The notes beneath the pieces are model-generated. The model searched no databases. It saw nothing but the letters and a program-made list of their open reading frames with translations, and was not told where the DNA came from. The position numbers and the translations under genes were made by a program. This document shows positions 1 through 15,602 of a DNA stretch of 40,277 nt, one piece after another. Position 1 is the stretch's first letter. Each line of letters starts with the position of its first letter. This stretch comes from Macrostomum lignano (taxonomy: Eukaryota): positions 1 through 40,277 of the forward strand of contig NIVC01001786.1 of the NCBI GenBank assembly GCA_002269645.1. Reading direction: 5' to 3'.

Positions 1-645
1 AATCTTCATGCTTCAGTCTAGCATTACAGATGTAGGTTCGGGTGTTGCCTGAACGATTCGTGGAACTTGAACTCATTGCAAAATTCCTTTGAGGATTCTT
101 ACTACTTGAGGACTTCTCTTTGCGCTGCACACCGAACTTAATCTCCAAGCTTGAATTAGAGCCACTAAGGAGAGCCACTCTCCTCTAATCCAGTCTTGTC
201 GCTTTAATCAGTTTTGCTCCTCATCCAACTTGAGTGGATTAAATTTTGCTGAATTATCTCCATTTGCATTCGTCAGCTCTTCCTCCTTACCAGCCATGCA
301 GAGTCTCTCAGAAGTTGGACTCGACTCTCCCTTCACTGGGTAGCTCCTAAGATATGCTGCTGTTGTGTGCGCGCATAATGGCGTTTTGTATTCATGAATC
401 TTGTATGAATACATAAATATTCTATTTTATAAAAAACTTGTGCTGTCATGATTTCCAAATTTCAGTTATTACCGGTCTGGAATAAACTTTAAATCTAAAA
501 ATGCCTAAAACGGCGGCTGAGTAACTATTGGCACTACAAACTGCAGCATTAGTTGCTTGGTGCTTCTTTGACAGCTTCGAAGGAGAGAAGACAGTCTTTG
601 TTGGTTAGTATTTATGCATTCAATTTGTGTTTTGACTCTTTTAGA

Positions 646-3228
646 CATAGAGGACACACGAGTTGATGTACAGTAGCCATAGAGGACACGGGTTGATGTA
701 CAGTAGCCATAGAGGACACGGGTTGATGTACAGTAGCCATAGAGGACACGGGTTGATGTACAGTAGCCATAGAGGACACGGGTTGATGTACAGTAGCCAT
801 AGAGGACACGGGTTGATGTACAGTAGCCATAGAGGACACGGGTTGATGTACAGTAGCCATGAGGACACACGGGTTGATGTACAGTAGCCATGAGGACACA
901 CGGGTTGATGTACAGTAGCCATGAGGACACACGGGTTGATGTACAGTAGCCATGAGGACACACGGGTTGATGTACAGTAGCCATGAGGACACACGGGTTG
1001 ATGTACAGTAGCCATGAGGACACACGGGTTGATGTACAGTAGCCATGAGGACACACGGGTTGATGTACAGTAGCCATGAGGACACACGGGTTGATGTACA
1101 GTAGCCATAGAGGACACGGGCTAATGTAAATTAGTCAGAAAAGATACACTGGTTGATGTACAATAGTCAGAGAAGATACACTGGTTGATGTACAATAGTC
1201 AGAGAAGATACACTGGTTGATGTACAATAGTCATAGAAGATACACGGGTTAATGTACAGTAGCCATAGAAGATACACGGGTTGATGTATAATAGTCAGAG
1301 AACACACGGTTGATGTAAAGTAGTCAGAGAAGATACACGGGTTGATGTACAATAGTCATAGAGGACACAGGTTGATGTACAGCAGCCATAGAGGACACGG
1401 GTTGATGTACAATAGCCATAGAGGACACAGAGGTTGATATACAGTAGCCATAGAGGACACAGAGGTTGATGTAAAGTAGCCAGAGAAGATACACGGGTTG
1501 ATGTACAATAGTCATAGAAGATACACGGGTTGATGTACAGTAGCCATAGAAGATACACGGGTTGATGTACAGTAGCCATAGAAGATACACGGGTTGATTT
1601 ATAATAGTCAGAGGACACAGGTTGATGTAAAGTAGCCAGAGAAGATACACGGGTTGATGTACAATAGTAATAGAAGATACACGGGTTGATGTACAATACC
1701 CATAGAGGACACAGGTTGATGTACAGCAGCCATAGAGGACACGGGTTGATGTACAATAGCCATAGAGGACACGGGTTGATGTGCAGTAGCCATAGAGGAC
1801 ACGGGTTGATGTACAATAGCCATAGAGGACACAGAGGTTGGTGTACAGTAGCCATAGAGGACACAGAGGTTGATGTATAGTAGCCAGAGAAGATAGGGGT
1901 TGATGTGCAGTAGCCATAGAGGACACGGGTTGATGTACAATAGCCATGAGGACACACGGGTTGATGTACAGTAGCCATGAGGACACACGGGTTGATGTAC
2001 AGTAGCCATGAGGACACACGGGTTGATGTACAGTAGCCATGAGGACACACGGGTTAATGTACAGTAGCCATGAGGACACACGGGTTGATGTACAGTAGCC
2101 ATGAGGATACACGGATTGATGTACAGTAGCCATGAGGATACACGGATTGATGTACAGTAGCCATGAGGATACACGGATTGATGTACAGTAGCCATGAGGA
2201 CACACGGGTTGATGTACAGTAGCCATGAGGACACGGGTTGATGTACAGTAGCCATAGAGGACACGGGTTGATGTACAGTAGCCATAGATGACAAGGGTTG
2301 ATGTACAATAGCCATAGAGGACACGGGTTGATGTACAATAGCCATAGAGGACACGGATTGATGTACAATAGCCATAGAGGACACGGGTTGATGTACAGTA
2401 GCCATAGAGGACACGGGCTAATGTAAAGTAGTCAGAGAAGATACACTGGTTGATGTACAATAGTCATAGAAGATACACGGGTTGATGTACAGTAGCCAGA
2501 GAAGATACACGGGTTGATGTACAATAGTCATAGAGGACACAGAGGTTGATGTACAGTAGCCATAGAGGACACAGAGGTTGATGTATAGTAGCCAGAGAAG
2601 ATAGGGTTGATGTACAGTAGCCATAGAGGACACAGAGGTTGATGTACAGTAGCCATAGAGGACACAGAGGTTGATGTATAGTAGCCAGAGAAGAAGATAG
2701 GGGTTGATGTACAGTAGCCATAGAGGACACAGAGGTTGATGTACAGTAGCCATAGAGGACACAGAGGTTGATGTATAGTAGCCATAGAGGACACAGAGGT
2801 TGATGTACAGTAGCCATAGAGGACACAGAGGTTGATGTATAGTAGCCAGAGAAGATAGGGGTTGATGTACAGTAGCCATAGAGGACACAGAGGTTGATGT
2901 ATAGTAGCCAGAAAAGATAGGGGTTGATGTACAGTAGCCATAGAGGACACAGAGGTTGATGTACAGTAGCCATAGAGGACACAGAGGTTGATGTATAGTA
3001 GCCAGAGAAGATAGGGGTTGATGTACAGTAGCCATAGAGGACACAGAGGTTGATGTACAGTAGCCATAGAGGACACAGAGGTTGATGTACAGTAGCCAGA
3101 GAAGATAGGGGTTGATGTACAGTAGCCATAGAGGACACAGAGGTTGATGTACAGTAGCCATAGAGGACACAGAGGTTGATGTACAGTAGCCAGAGAAGAT
3201 AGGGGTTGATGTACAGTAGCCATAGAGG
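646..3228. repeat. Complex 30-32-bp minisatellite (consensus ~AGAGGACACGGGTTGATGTACAGTAGCCAT) with variant blocks
   Basis: Directly visible tandem units with 30-, 31- and 32-bp variants. All ORFs called here (e.g. repeated MATVHQPV / LWLLYINP) are periodic translations. Confidence 0.97.
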
Positions 3229-4174
3229 AAGTCGCCACTGTGACTGTGCAAATTGCCAGAGCGGACAGCAGCAGTGGTTTAGATTGTGACCAAATGACGG
3301 GACACTGGGATGTGAGGCGTCGAGCAGCTAAATGCATGTCACGCATAGCAACACTAGCAATCAGCAGCAGCAGTAAGCTGAAATACTTGCTAACAGGACC
3401 AGCCAATCCTTCGGGCTGCCGGTCAGATTCAGTTCAGATATAAAAAGGACTACGGAGGACGCTTGGCAAAACTTGGCCAGTTATGCAAATCAGAGCCTCG
3501 CGCTTTCACTTGGCCCTCTTTCCTTCCTCTAATCACGCTGAGCTGCGTCCTGGAAATCCCCCCTATATAATTCAGTCGGTTGGTTAGTCGGTCCGGCAGA
3601 GTTCGCCACTCCGAGGTTCGGGTAGGGTTGGAATGGACAGGGGGTTCTGTCCCAATTCCGGCACTCGGGGGAAAATTTCTAGTCCAATTGGGGATAGCTT
3701 GTTCTGGGATTGCAGTGGATCTACTTTATTTAGTATTATTACAAATATGACTGTTTACTATGGTGATGACGAATAATAATAGGTCCGCGCAATCTAGATC
3801 CTTGCCTTTGATTTGGCAGGACTCTTCAATTTCCTGGGCAATTTGGGGGGGGGACGGGGGTTGTTATATATTTTGCTATCAATGCAAGGTTGCATTAGGG
3901 TGTTTTTTCTCCCGCATTTAGCAGTAAATCTATCGCAATATTCCGACTCATCGAACTCAGCCGGCTAAGAAAGATATTCGCTATCTTATAGAGGGCACAT
4001 TTAAAGAGCAATTCGTATTTTTGTTTCCTTCGCTCTTCCTCTAGAAGAGACATATAGGAGGCGTACTATCGGTGCATAGAGCAAATATTTGCTCTCGGAA
4101 ACAGATAAGAGTAAGAGATGAATGAATGCTCTAGTAGTTACAAGTCCTTCAAATTTGTGTTCAAAAGCTTCAAA

Positions 4175-4935
4175 CCCAGATCCTCAGTTGCTGGGCGAGC
4201 ATTCCAGATCCCCAGTTGCTGGGCCACCCTCCCAGATCCTCAGTTGCTGGGCTGACATCCCAGATCCTCAGTTGCTGGGCGAGCATTCCAGATCCCCAGT
4301 TGCTGGGCCACCCTCCCAGATCCTCAGTTGCTGGGCTGACATCCCAGATCCTCAGTTGCTGGTCCAGCCTCCCAGATCCTCAGTTGCTGGGCCACCCTCC
4401 CAGATCCTCAGTTGCTGGGCTGACATCCCAGATCCTCAGTTGCTGGTCCAGCCTCCCAGATCCTCAGTTGCTGGGCCACCCTCCCAGATCCTCAGTTGCT
4501 GGGCTGACATCCCAGATCCTCAGTTGCTGGGCGAGCATTCCAGATCCCCAGTTGCTGGGCCACCCTCCCAGATCCTCAGTTGCTGGGCTGACATCCCAGA
4601 TCCTCAGTTGCTGGTCCAGCCTCCCAGATCCTCAGTTGCTGGGCCAGCCTCCCAGATCCTCAGTTGCTGGCCAGCCTCCCAGATCCTCTGTTGCTGAGCC
4701 AGCCTCCCAGATCCTCTGTTGCTGAGCCAGCCTCCCAGATCCTCTGTTCCTGGGCCAGCCTCCCAGATCCTCAGTTGCTGAGCCAGCCTCCCAGATCCTC
4801 TGTTCCTGGGCCAGCCTCCCAGATCCTCAGTTGCTGAGCCAGCCTCCCAGATCCTCAGTTGCTGAGTCAGATCTGTTGCTGAGCCAGCCTCCCAGGTCCT
4901 CAGTTGCTGAGTCAGATCTGTTGCTGTGCCAGCCT
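4175..4935. repeat. 28-bp minisatellite (CCCAGATCCTCAGTTGCTGG plus 8-nt variable segment) with 84-bp higher-order periodicity
   Basis: A constant 20-mer alternates with GCGAGCAT / GCCACCCT / GCTGACAT / TCCAGCCT segments and decays toward 4935. Confidence 0.95.
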
Positions 4936-5928
4936 CCTGGATTCTTGCATCAAGCTGACTTCTTGTTAGAGGATGCGGCTATCCAGGCAGAACGTATTTA
5001 CACTGCAAGCTAATTGAACAGTCAAAGGCTATCTAAAAAACAAGCTGGCGGATAGAAAAAAAAACTTTCTTGAGCTACTGCACTGTAATTACTTGGCGAA
5101 TTGGCTAATCCCATGGGCTAATTAGCTATGCTCTAATAGTCGTTGAAGCTGCAAGAAATCCTATTTCTCTCTCTCTCTCTTTCTGTCTTGCGAGTAGGTG
5201 AGGCCTTCTTTCTTTAACTTCACAGGAGAGATGGTCGGGTAGGGGGGGGTAGAGGTGAGTCCGCATTGAGCATGTTGCATTCCCCCTGTATATGCGACCC
5301 GCGACTTCGGCTACTTTGCTACTTTTCCCCAATAGCAATCCCAAATTTTTTTCTCTATGCGCGCCGTGTTTCGTGCAGCCCCTCGGTGCAGACTGGTCCG
5401 GTTAGTGGGATAGAATTTGTGCAGTAGATATATATATATATAAGGCTAAGACTCTGAAGGCTCAGCTCGTTCAACCTGCTAATTAAGCTGCTACTGCTGC
5501 TGCTGTTGTATCTTATTGATGCTGCTTTGAAGATTTCCCAGTGCTGCCTGTCTTCAGCTACCCCTGATTGGATGATTCGACTGACTTCAGTGATGAAGGA
5601 GAGGGTGGGGTAGGTGTAGGGTAAGCTTTTGAATAGACAAAATGCTTGGGCAAATAGTTGCTAAGCTGAACTGATTCTCATAGATGAGGAAGGTTGACGT
5701 TTCTATCTGAGTGGAGACTGTTTCCCTATTCTTTTTCGGTCTTTTTCGCTGCTTCTAGAGTTGTAAGTGCCAGATTTTGTCTACTGCTTTTACCTATCAC
5801 AATACTGTCTAGAGAGTAGCTTGCATCTCACAGAGCGAGCAGGAATTCTCAGGTATAGATGAAGAGAGAGTGTCTCACAGAGAGGAATTCTCAGGAATAG
5901 GTAGGGAAGAGAGTGTCTTACAGAAAGG

Positions 5929-7378
5929 AGAATTCTCAGGCACAGGTGATAGAGCAGTAGAGGGAATTCTCAGGCACAGGTGATAGAGCAGCAGAGGGGA
6001 ATTCTCAGGCACAGGTGATAGAGCAGCAGAGGGGAATTCTCAGGCACAGATGATAGAGCAGCAGAGGGGAATTCTCAGGCACAGATGATAGAGCAGCAGA
6101 AGGGGAATTCTCAGGCACAGATGATAGAGCAGCAGAAGGGGAATTCTCAGGCACAGATGATAGAGCAGCAGAGGGAATTCTCAGGCACAGGTGATAGAGC
6201 AGCAGAGGGGAATTCTCAGGCACAGGTGATAGAGCAGCAGAGGGGAATTCTCAGGCACAGGTGATAGAGCAGCAGAAGGGGAATTCTCAGGCACAGGTGA
6301 TAGAGCAGCAGAAGGGGAATTCTCAGGCACAGATGATAGAGCAGTAGAAGGGGAATTCTCAGGCACAGATGATAGAGCAGCAGAAGGGGAATTCTCAGGC
6401 ACAGGTGATAGAGCAGCAGAGGGGAATTCTCGGGCACAGGTGATAGAGCAGTAGAGGGAATTCTCAGGCACAGGTGATAGAGCAGCAGAGGGGAATTCTC
6501 AGGCACAGGTGATAGAGCAGCAGAGGGGAATTCTCAGGCACAGGTGATAGAGCAGCAGAGGGGAATTCTCAGGCACAGGTGATAGAGCAGCAGAGGGGAA
6601 TTCTCAGGCACAGGTGATAGAGCAGCAGAAGGGGAATTCTCAGGCACAGGTGATAGAGCAGCAGAGGGGAATTCTCAGGCACAGGTGATAGAGCAGCAGA
6701 GGGGAATTCTCAGGCACAGGTGATAGAGCAGCAGAGGGGAATTCTCAGGCACAGGTGATAGAGCAGCAGAGGGGAATTCTCAGGCACAGGTGATAGAGCA
6801 GCAGAAGGGGAATTCTCAGGCACAGGTGATAGAGCAGCAGAAGGGGAATTCTCAGGCACAGGTGATAGAGCAGCAGAGGGGAATTCTCAGGCACAGATGA
6901 TAGAGCAGCAGAAGGGGAATTCTCAGGCACAGGTGATAGAGCAGCAGAGGGGAATTCTCAGGCACAGGTGATAGAGCAGCAGAAGGGGAATTCTCAGGCA
7001 CAGATGATAGAGCAGCAGAGGGGAATTCTCAGGCACAGGTGATAGAGCAGCAGAAGGGGAATTCTCAGGCACAGGTGATAGAGCAGCAGAGGGGAATTCT
7101 CAGGCACAGGTGATAGAGCAGCAGAGGGGAATTCTCAGGCACAGGTGATAGAGCAGCAGAGGGGAATTCTCAGGCACAGGTGATAGAGCAGCAGAGGGGA
7201 ATTCTCAGGCACAGGTGATAGAGCAGCAGAGGGGAATTCTCAGGCACAGGTGATAGAGCAGCAGAGGGGAATTCTCAGGCACAGGTGATAGAGCAGCAGA
7301 GGGGAATTCTCAGGCACAGGTGATAGAGCAGCAGAGGGGAATTCTCAGGCACAGGTGATAGAGCAGCAGAGGGGAATT
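5929..7378. repeat. 35-36-bp minisatellite (GCACAGGTGATAGAGCAGCAGAGGGGAATTCTCAG), ~40 copies
   Basis: Near-identical tandem units ending ~125 bp upstream of the acceptor of the FAM53-like exon. Confidence 0.97.
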
Positions 7379-7503
7379 AATGTCAGGTGAGACAGTATTT
7401 AGCCCAGGCTAACGCAGGTGGGCGGATATGAGCAGGTTATCTGGGCATCTGATACGGAAAACCGCAACCATTATTCTCTCTCTCTCTTTCCTGTCCCCTC
7501 CAG

Positions 7504-8220
7504 CCAGCCCGCCGCCCAGCCGGAACCCTGTCTAATTTGTCGCCAAAGTCTCTGGACGCCGCCGCTGTTAGCGGCGGTTCAAGCGGCGCCCAAAGCGACG
7601 GCGCCGCCTCGTCCGCCAGCCCGCCGCTGATGCCGCCGAAACGTCAGTGCCGGTCCCTGTCGCTGCGCGGCGGCCAAGCGCTGGTCCGCCCGGTGCCGCT
7701 CCGGCCGGCCTGCCAGCGGCTCGCCGCAGGCCTCGACGCCATCAGCCTTCGAGTCGACTCGCCGACTGCGGCCACCGCCGCCTCCTCTCGTCGTCGGCGA
7801 ACCCCCAGCGGAAGCGGCGGCAGCGGTGTCGGAGACGTCATCGGCGGTGTCCGGCCCAGCGCGTCGGACACGCGGCTCAGCGAGTCCTCGGACGAAGCCT
7901 TGGCGGCGGCTGCGGCGGCCAGCGCCACGGCCCGGCTGCAGGCCGAACTGCATCCGCTGCCCAGCACCGGGCGCAGCTTCCTTGTTGGCCTGCCGCGCAT
8001 CGCCGACACGTCGCTACCGGCAACGCCGACAACGCCGGCGTCCGGAGTCTGCGGCTTCGGCTTCGCTGTTGCCGGCAGCCGCGGTCGTGACTCGCCGACC
8101 TCCTGGTCGGATCGGGCACCGTCCGAGAGCAGCTGCGGCGCGGAAGACCCAGACGATGCCGAGGACAGAACAGGGGGAGGCGGCGAGCTCGATGTTGATG
8201 AGATTGAGCAGGACTTGTAG
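7504..8220 (+). CDS. FAM53: Terminal coding exon of a FAM53-family (Simplet-like) protein; upstream exons not identified
   Basis: Polypyrimidine tract plus CAG acceptor at 7501-7503, then an open frame to TAG at 8218-8220. Contains PPKRQCRSLS (FAM53 hallmark P.KR[HQ]CRSLS) and C-terminal GELDVDEIEQDL (FAM53 end motif ~GELD[IL]EQIENN). Recognised from memory, not by search. Confidence 0.65.
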   Translation, partial: PARRPAGTLSNLSPKSLDAAAVSGGSSGAQSDGAASSASPPLMPPKRQCRSLSLRGGQALVRPVPLRPACQRLAAGLDAISLRVDSPTAATAASSRRRRTPSGSGGSGVGDVIGGVRPSASDTRLSESSDEALAAAAAASATARLQAELHPLPSTGRSFLVGLPRIADTSLPATPTTPASGVCGFGFAVAGSRGRDSPTSWSDRAPSESSCGAEDPDDAEDRTGGGGELDVDEIEQDL

Positions 8221-8980
8221 TGAGCTTGAGAGCTCGCCAAGCATCGGTCCTTCATCCCTCCTCAACTCCAGCCTCTGCGCTTCTTCAGCCTGTTCCGCTG
8301 CATTCCTTTGCTTGGACTTGGAGCCAGACCAAAAGCTCAGATACAATATGTTTATAAATAACTTGTCAGTATAGGCTTGCTTGCAACAGTTTCTCTCTAC
8401 TTTGAGTTCAGTAGCAAGGATAGAACAATGTTCCTATCTCTGTAGTGTATATTTTAGTGTAAAGTCGGCCTTTAAAAAATTTCTAAAGTGACTTGCAGAC
8501 TGCAAACAGCTTGCCATCGGTGCAGCCGTTAATGTACACCAGCCAGCGTCGCTGAGAATGTACAATGTACATCGGCAGGCAGCTTATAGGCTGGAACACA
8601 TCGAGAAAGGCAATAAAAAATTTGCTGTGGGGTGTTAGCAGAGATTTATGCGATTGGAGTCAGAGAGCCTATAAATGAGTGTTGTCTTGAAAATACATTT
8701 AAATGCTTCAATTTAACTTACTACTGAACTGTAAGTAGATTACACGCAAATGTTCTGAGTGGCCCATCTTTAGTTATTATAATATAGTCATTACAGAAAT
8801 CTGTAATTGCCAGTGTTGCTTTCTATTGTTGGCTATTTGTCCATAAAGTCTGTATTGCTGTTTATTGCTAGCATTCGATTTTACAGATGCTTTGCCTGCT
8901 CTGTCGGTTCTTCATTTGTTTGCCTGTTGTTTATGAGGAATTGAGGCGCTACTGTTTATGACTGCTGTTAGTAGCCATGA

Positions 8981-11257
<2,277 letters not shown>

Positions 11258-11873
11258 TGAATTCTAGTTGGAGAAACCAGCTAAACTTATCAACTGTTTC
11301 CATATTTGTTTTAGTTTGAAGATTTTTTTAAATTCATATTTGCTTCACTCAGTTGGCAGTTTGCTGATACAGAATGCACTTTAATAACAAATTACCTGTG
11401 CACTGCGTCATCAGTTTTAGTCCGCTCAAAAGTTCAAGCTGCAAGTGTTCCAGTGTTAACTAAGATTACTCCTGTTGCATTTCAAAGCGACTGTCTGGTC
11501 TCTGCCCCCATCAATGTTGAACAATTATGAATAGCAGTAACTATGCTTTCATGACTACTCACTCCAGTAGCATGACTCGGTAAATGCTTATTGTTTATTT
11601 GTTTCATTTATTTATTTCTAGTTATTTCCGGCTAATTTTCGTAATTTTTTATGACTATTTATATACTACTGACTACTGACTACTGTCATATTTGCCTATA
11701 CAAGTCTGGCAGAGTTATTGTCATAAACGGCAGGGTTAATTAGCAGATACTCTCTGATCTATTCGTAAATGGTGTTCCATGCAACTTTGCTGATTAAAAC
11801 TGCACCCAGAGTAATCAACTTTGAGAAAATTATTTATCACCTTATTGACAGTCCTCTACGTATCTTATGTACA

Positions 11874-13629
11874 CGCCCTGAGAAATCGCCACTCTATATT
11901 ACACACCCCTGAGAAATCGCCACTCTATATTACACACCCCTGAGAAATCGCCACTCTATATTACACAGTCCCTGAGAAATCGCCACTCTATATTACACAC
12001 CCCTGAGAAATCGCCACTCTATATTACACACCCCTGAAAAATCGCCGCTCTACATTACACACCCCTGAGAAATCGCCACTCTATATTACACACCCCTGAA
12101 AAATCGCCGCTCTACTCTCGCCATATTACACACCCCTGAGAAATCGCCACTCTATATTACACACCCCTGAGAAATCGCCACTCTATATTACACACCCCTG
12201 AGAAATCGCCACTCTATATTACACACCCCTGAGAAATCGCCACTCTATATTACACACCCCTGAGAAATCGCCACTCTATATTACACACCCCTGAGAAATC
12301 GCCACTCTATATTACACAGTCCCTGAGAAATCGCCACTCTATATTACACACCCCTGAGAAATCGCCACTCTATATTACACACCCCTGAGAAATCGCCACT
12401 CTATATTACACACCCCTGAGAAATCGCCACTCTATTTCACAGTCCCTGAGAAATCGCCACTCTATATTACACACCCCTGAGAAATCGCCACTCTATATTA
12501 CACACCCCTGAGAAATCGCCACTCTATATTACACACCCCTGAGAAATCGCCACTCTATATTACACACCCCTGAGAAATCGCCACTCTATATTACACACCC
12601 CTGAGAAATCGCCACTCTATATTACACACCCCTGAGAAATCGCCACTCTATATTACACACCCCTGAGAAATCGCCACTCTATATTACACACCCCTGAGAA
12701 ATCGCCACTCTATATTACACATCCCTGAGAAATCGCTACTCTATATTACACACCCCTGAGAAATCGCTACTCTATATTACACATCCCTGAGAAATCGCCA
12801 CTCTATATTACACACCCCTGAGAAATCGCTACTCTATATTACACACCCCTGAGAAATCGCCACTCTATATTACACACCCCTGAGAAATCGCCACTCTATA
12901 TTACACACCCCTGAGAAATCGCCACTCTATATTACACACCCCTGAGAAATCGCCACTCTATATTACACACCCCTGAGAAATCGCCATCTATATTACACAC
13001 CCCTGAGAAATCGCCACTCTATATTACACACCCCTGAGAAATCGCCACTCTATATTACACACCCCTGAGAAATCGCCACTCTATATTACACACCCCTGAG
13101 AAATCGCCACTCTATATTACACACCCCTGAGAAATCGCCACTCTATATTACACACCCCTGAGAAATCGCCACTCTATATTACACACCCCTGAGAAATCGC
13201 CACTCTATATTACACACCCCTGAGAAATCGCCACTCTATATTACACACCCCTGAGAAATCGCCACTCTATATTACACACCCCTGAGAAATCGCCACTCTA
13301 TATTACACATCCCTGAGAAATCGCTACTCTATATTACACACCCCTGAGAAATCGCTACTCTATATTACACATCCCTGAGAAATCGCCACTCTATATTACA
13401 CACCCCTGAGAAATCGCTACTCTATATTACACACCCCTGAGAAATCGCCACTCTATATTACACACCCCTGAGAAATCGCCACTCTATATTACACACCCCT
13501 GAGAAATCGCCACTCTATATTACACACCCCTGAGAAATCGCCACTCTATATTACACACCCCTGAGAAATCGCCACTCTATATTACACACCCCTGAGAAAT
13601 CGCCACTCTATATTACACACCCCTGAGAA
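11874..13629. repeat. 31-bp minisatellite (CCCCTGAGAAATCGCCACTCTATATTACACA), ~56 copies
   Basis: Highly homogeneous tandem units visible directly. Confidence 0.98.
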
Positions 13630-14784
13630 ATATCTATGTTCATTCATGGTCATATTCATTTGTGATGCTGGATTCTGTCTGTGTTCTTAAATAAACCTTT
13701 TACCTAAGGGTATTTACAAGCAACCGCCTCAACTACATAAAGCAATTCTTGTAAAGCTATTGGCAGTTTGCACGAAGTCACTCTTTAGAAAATACACGAT
13801 GTTAAAACGCTTTTGTTATCTTTTAATTTTTTCTCTGTTTGATTTGACTGCAAAAAAATTGCGTTTAGACTCTGATGAAGACTTTGATTCTAGCAACTGG
13901 CAGGTCAAGTGGCTTGGCAGTGGCTTGGCATTGTTGTTGCGCAATTTTCTAGGAAAGACAATAATTGTCAGTCTGATGTTGAATTCGAGATAATAATAAT
14001 AACGGCAGGTATGAGAGGCTCGGAGGCAGATGGTCACCCTTTTGACCACTTGTTATTGGTTGTCAAGCGGATTCTGCTCAAGGTGTGCAATTAGCGCAGT
14101 TTAGTGGGCACCTGAGCTCTGGCTCAGATTTTTTCTTGTTTCCGATTATTCGATAGAGAGAGAGACTTTCACCATTCCTCACGAAAAAATCTGAGAATGA
14201 TAACTCGTGCTCCCCTGCTGAGTTCAAACCTGACTCGCCTCATCCACTGCTCAACCCCTAGCGAGTCTCCATGCTGCTCAATAGGAGGTCTGTCTTTTGC
14301 AATCGACTTTTCTTGTAGGTTTTTTAGGAAAGTCGATCGTTTTAAGATCGTGTTAAACGATGCCCCGAGGCTGTGGCGCAGCCAAGGTAATAAAAGGCAT
14401 CGGACTGGAAAATAACTAAATTGATGGGCAAGTCGGCTTAGGGACTGGCTGACTGGGAAAAGGGAAACGAATAGTAAGAATTAAATTACAGTCCCGCAGA
14501 CTGTGACATTACTTCTGTGCCGCGTGACTGCATTTCTATGGCTAAAACTGTTAAATAATGGAACTGCTAAAGCTAAGCTAGCATTCTTATTCTTGATAGT
14601 TTTTACCCTTTGGTGGCATTTTGGTGTCACCTCATGCGTATAAGCTTGTACATGTACGTGTTCTCGAGATGTACAGGATAATAAAAGCCTACGAGCTGAT
14701 TGTACGCTCATACCAACTGACATTCAATGGTGCAGCATTGAAGCATTTTTTGTTGAGTGGCGCCATTGTGTGATGCTTTTGCCT

Positions 14785-15188
14785 GCCAGCACCAAGGGGC
14801 GCCAGCACCAAGGGGCGCCAGCACCAAGGGGCGCCAGCACCAAGGGGCGCCAGCACCAAGGGGCGCCAGCACCAAGGGGCGCCAGCACCAAGGGGCGCCA
14901 GCACCAAGGGGCGCCAGCACCAAGGGGCGCCAGCACCAAGGGGCGCCAGCACCAAGGGGCGCCAGCACCAAGGGGCGCCAGCACCAAGGGGCGCCAGCAC
15001 CAAGGGGCGCCAGCACCAAGGGGCGCCAGCACCAAGGGGCGCCAGCACCAAGGGGCGCCAGCACCAAGGGGCGCCAGCACCAAGGGGCGCCAGCACCAAG
15101 GGGCGCCAGCACCAAGGGGCGCCAGCACCAAGGGGCGCCAGCACCAAGGGGCGCCAGCACCATGGGACGCCAGCACCAAAGGGGCGCC
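14785..15188. repeat. 16-bp GC-rich minisatellite (GCCAGCACCAAGGGGC), ~25 copies
   Basis: Perfect tandem units. The overlapping ORFs (WCWRPLVLAPLGAGAP etc.) are periodic. Confidence 0.98.
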
Positions 15189-15602
15189 AAAATTTTTAAT
15201 CGGCCCATTGCTTGAGGCGGAGATGCCCAATTTTCAAATTGTTTATCGAAGCTGAATACGAAAATGTATGCAAAAGAGTTCAGCAGACACTTGCCGCGCG
15301 CGCGCATGTCATCACATCATTCCCGATGTGCACCATATAGTGAGAGCCATTTGTCAGGACTGTCAAAAAATTCCACACAAACCTGCTGTTTTTCACCGCT
15401 CCGTTGCGTCTCAACTTGAATCACATAAAAAGGTGTTAAACTTATGCAGCCCATGCAGTTGGTTTATGCTTGTCTGGTTCTGACACGCCTCAGTGCAGAT
15501 CTTTTGAATTTATTAATTTATTCTGCTATTTTGTTCCAGTTTTTATTTAATTTAGCATATCTTGCATTTAGGAATTTCTTTGAAAAACTATTGTACATGT
15601 AC

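Noticed and set aside
505-3406. Many overlapping ORFs (MATVHQP / LWLLYINP / YGYCTST)
   Set aside because: Periodic translations of the 30-32-bp array in every frame; unit lengths are not multiples of three consistently.
3560-3710. TATA-like box plus stem-loops (GGACAG/CTGTCC, TCCCAATT/AATTGGGA) suggesting an ncRNA or first exon
   Set aside because: No match to a tRNA, snRNA or SL RNA that I can recognise, and the stems are short enough to arise by chance.
4078-4095. Perfect 18-bp palindrome AGAGCAAATATTTGCTCT
   Set aside because: Isolated, AT-rich, with no associated element ends or gene context.
4175-4935. CRISPR-like repeat-spacer appearance
   Set aside because: The variable segments are only 8 nt and recur. 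There are no cas genes and the context is eukaryotic.
7579-8374. Several overlapping ORFs on both strands (7644..8255 -, 7647..8090 +, 7826..8374 +, 8014..8346 -)
   Set aside because: Shadow frames of a GC-rich exon. Only the 7504-8220 + frame has a splice acceptor and recognisable family motifs.
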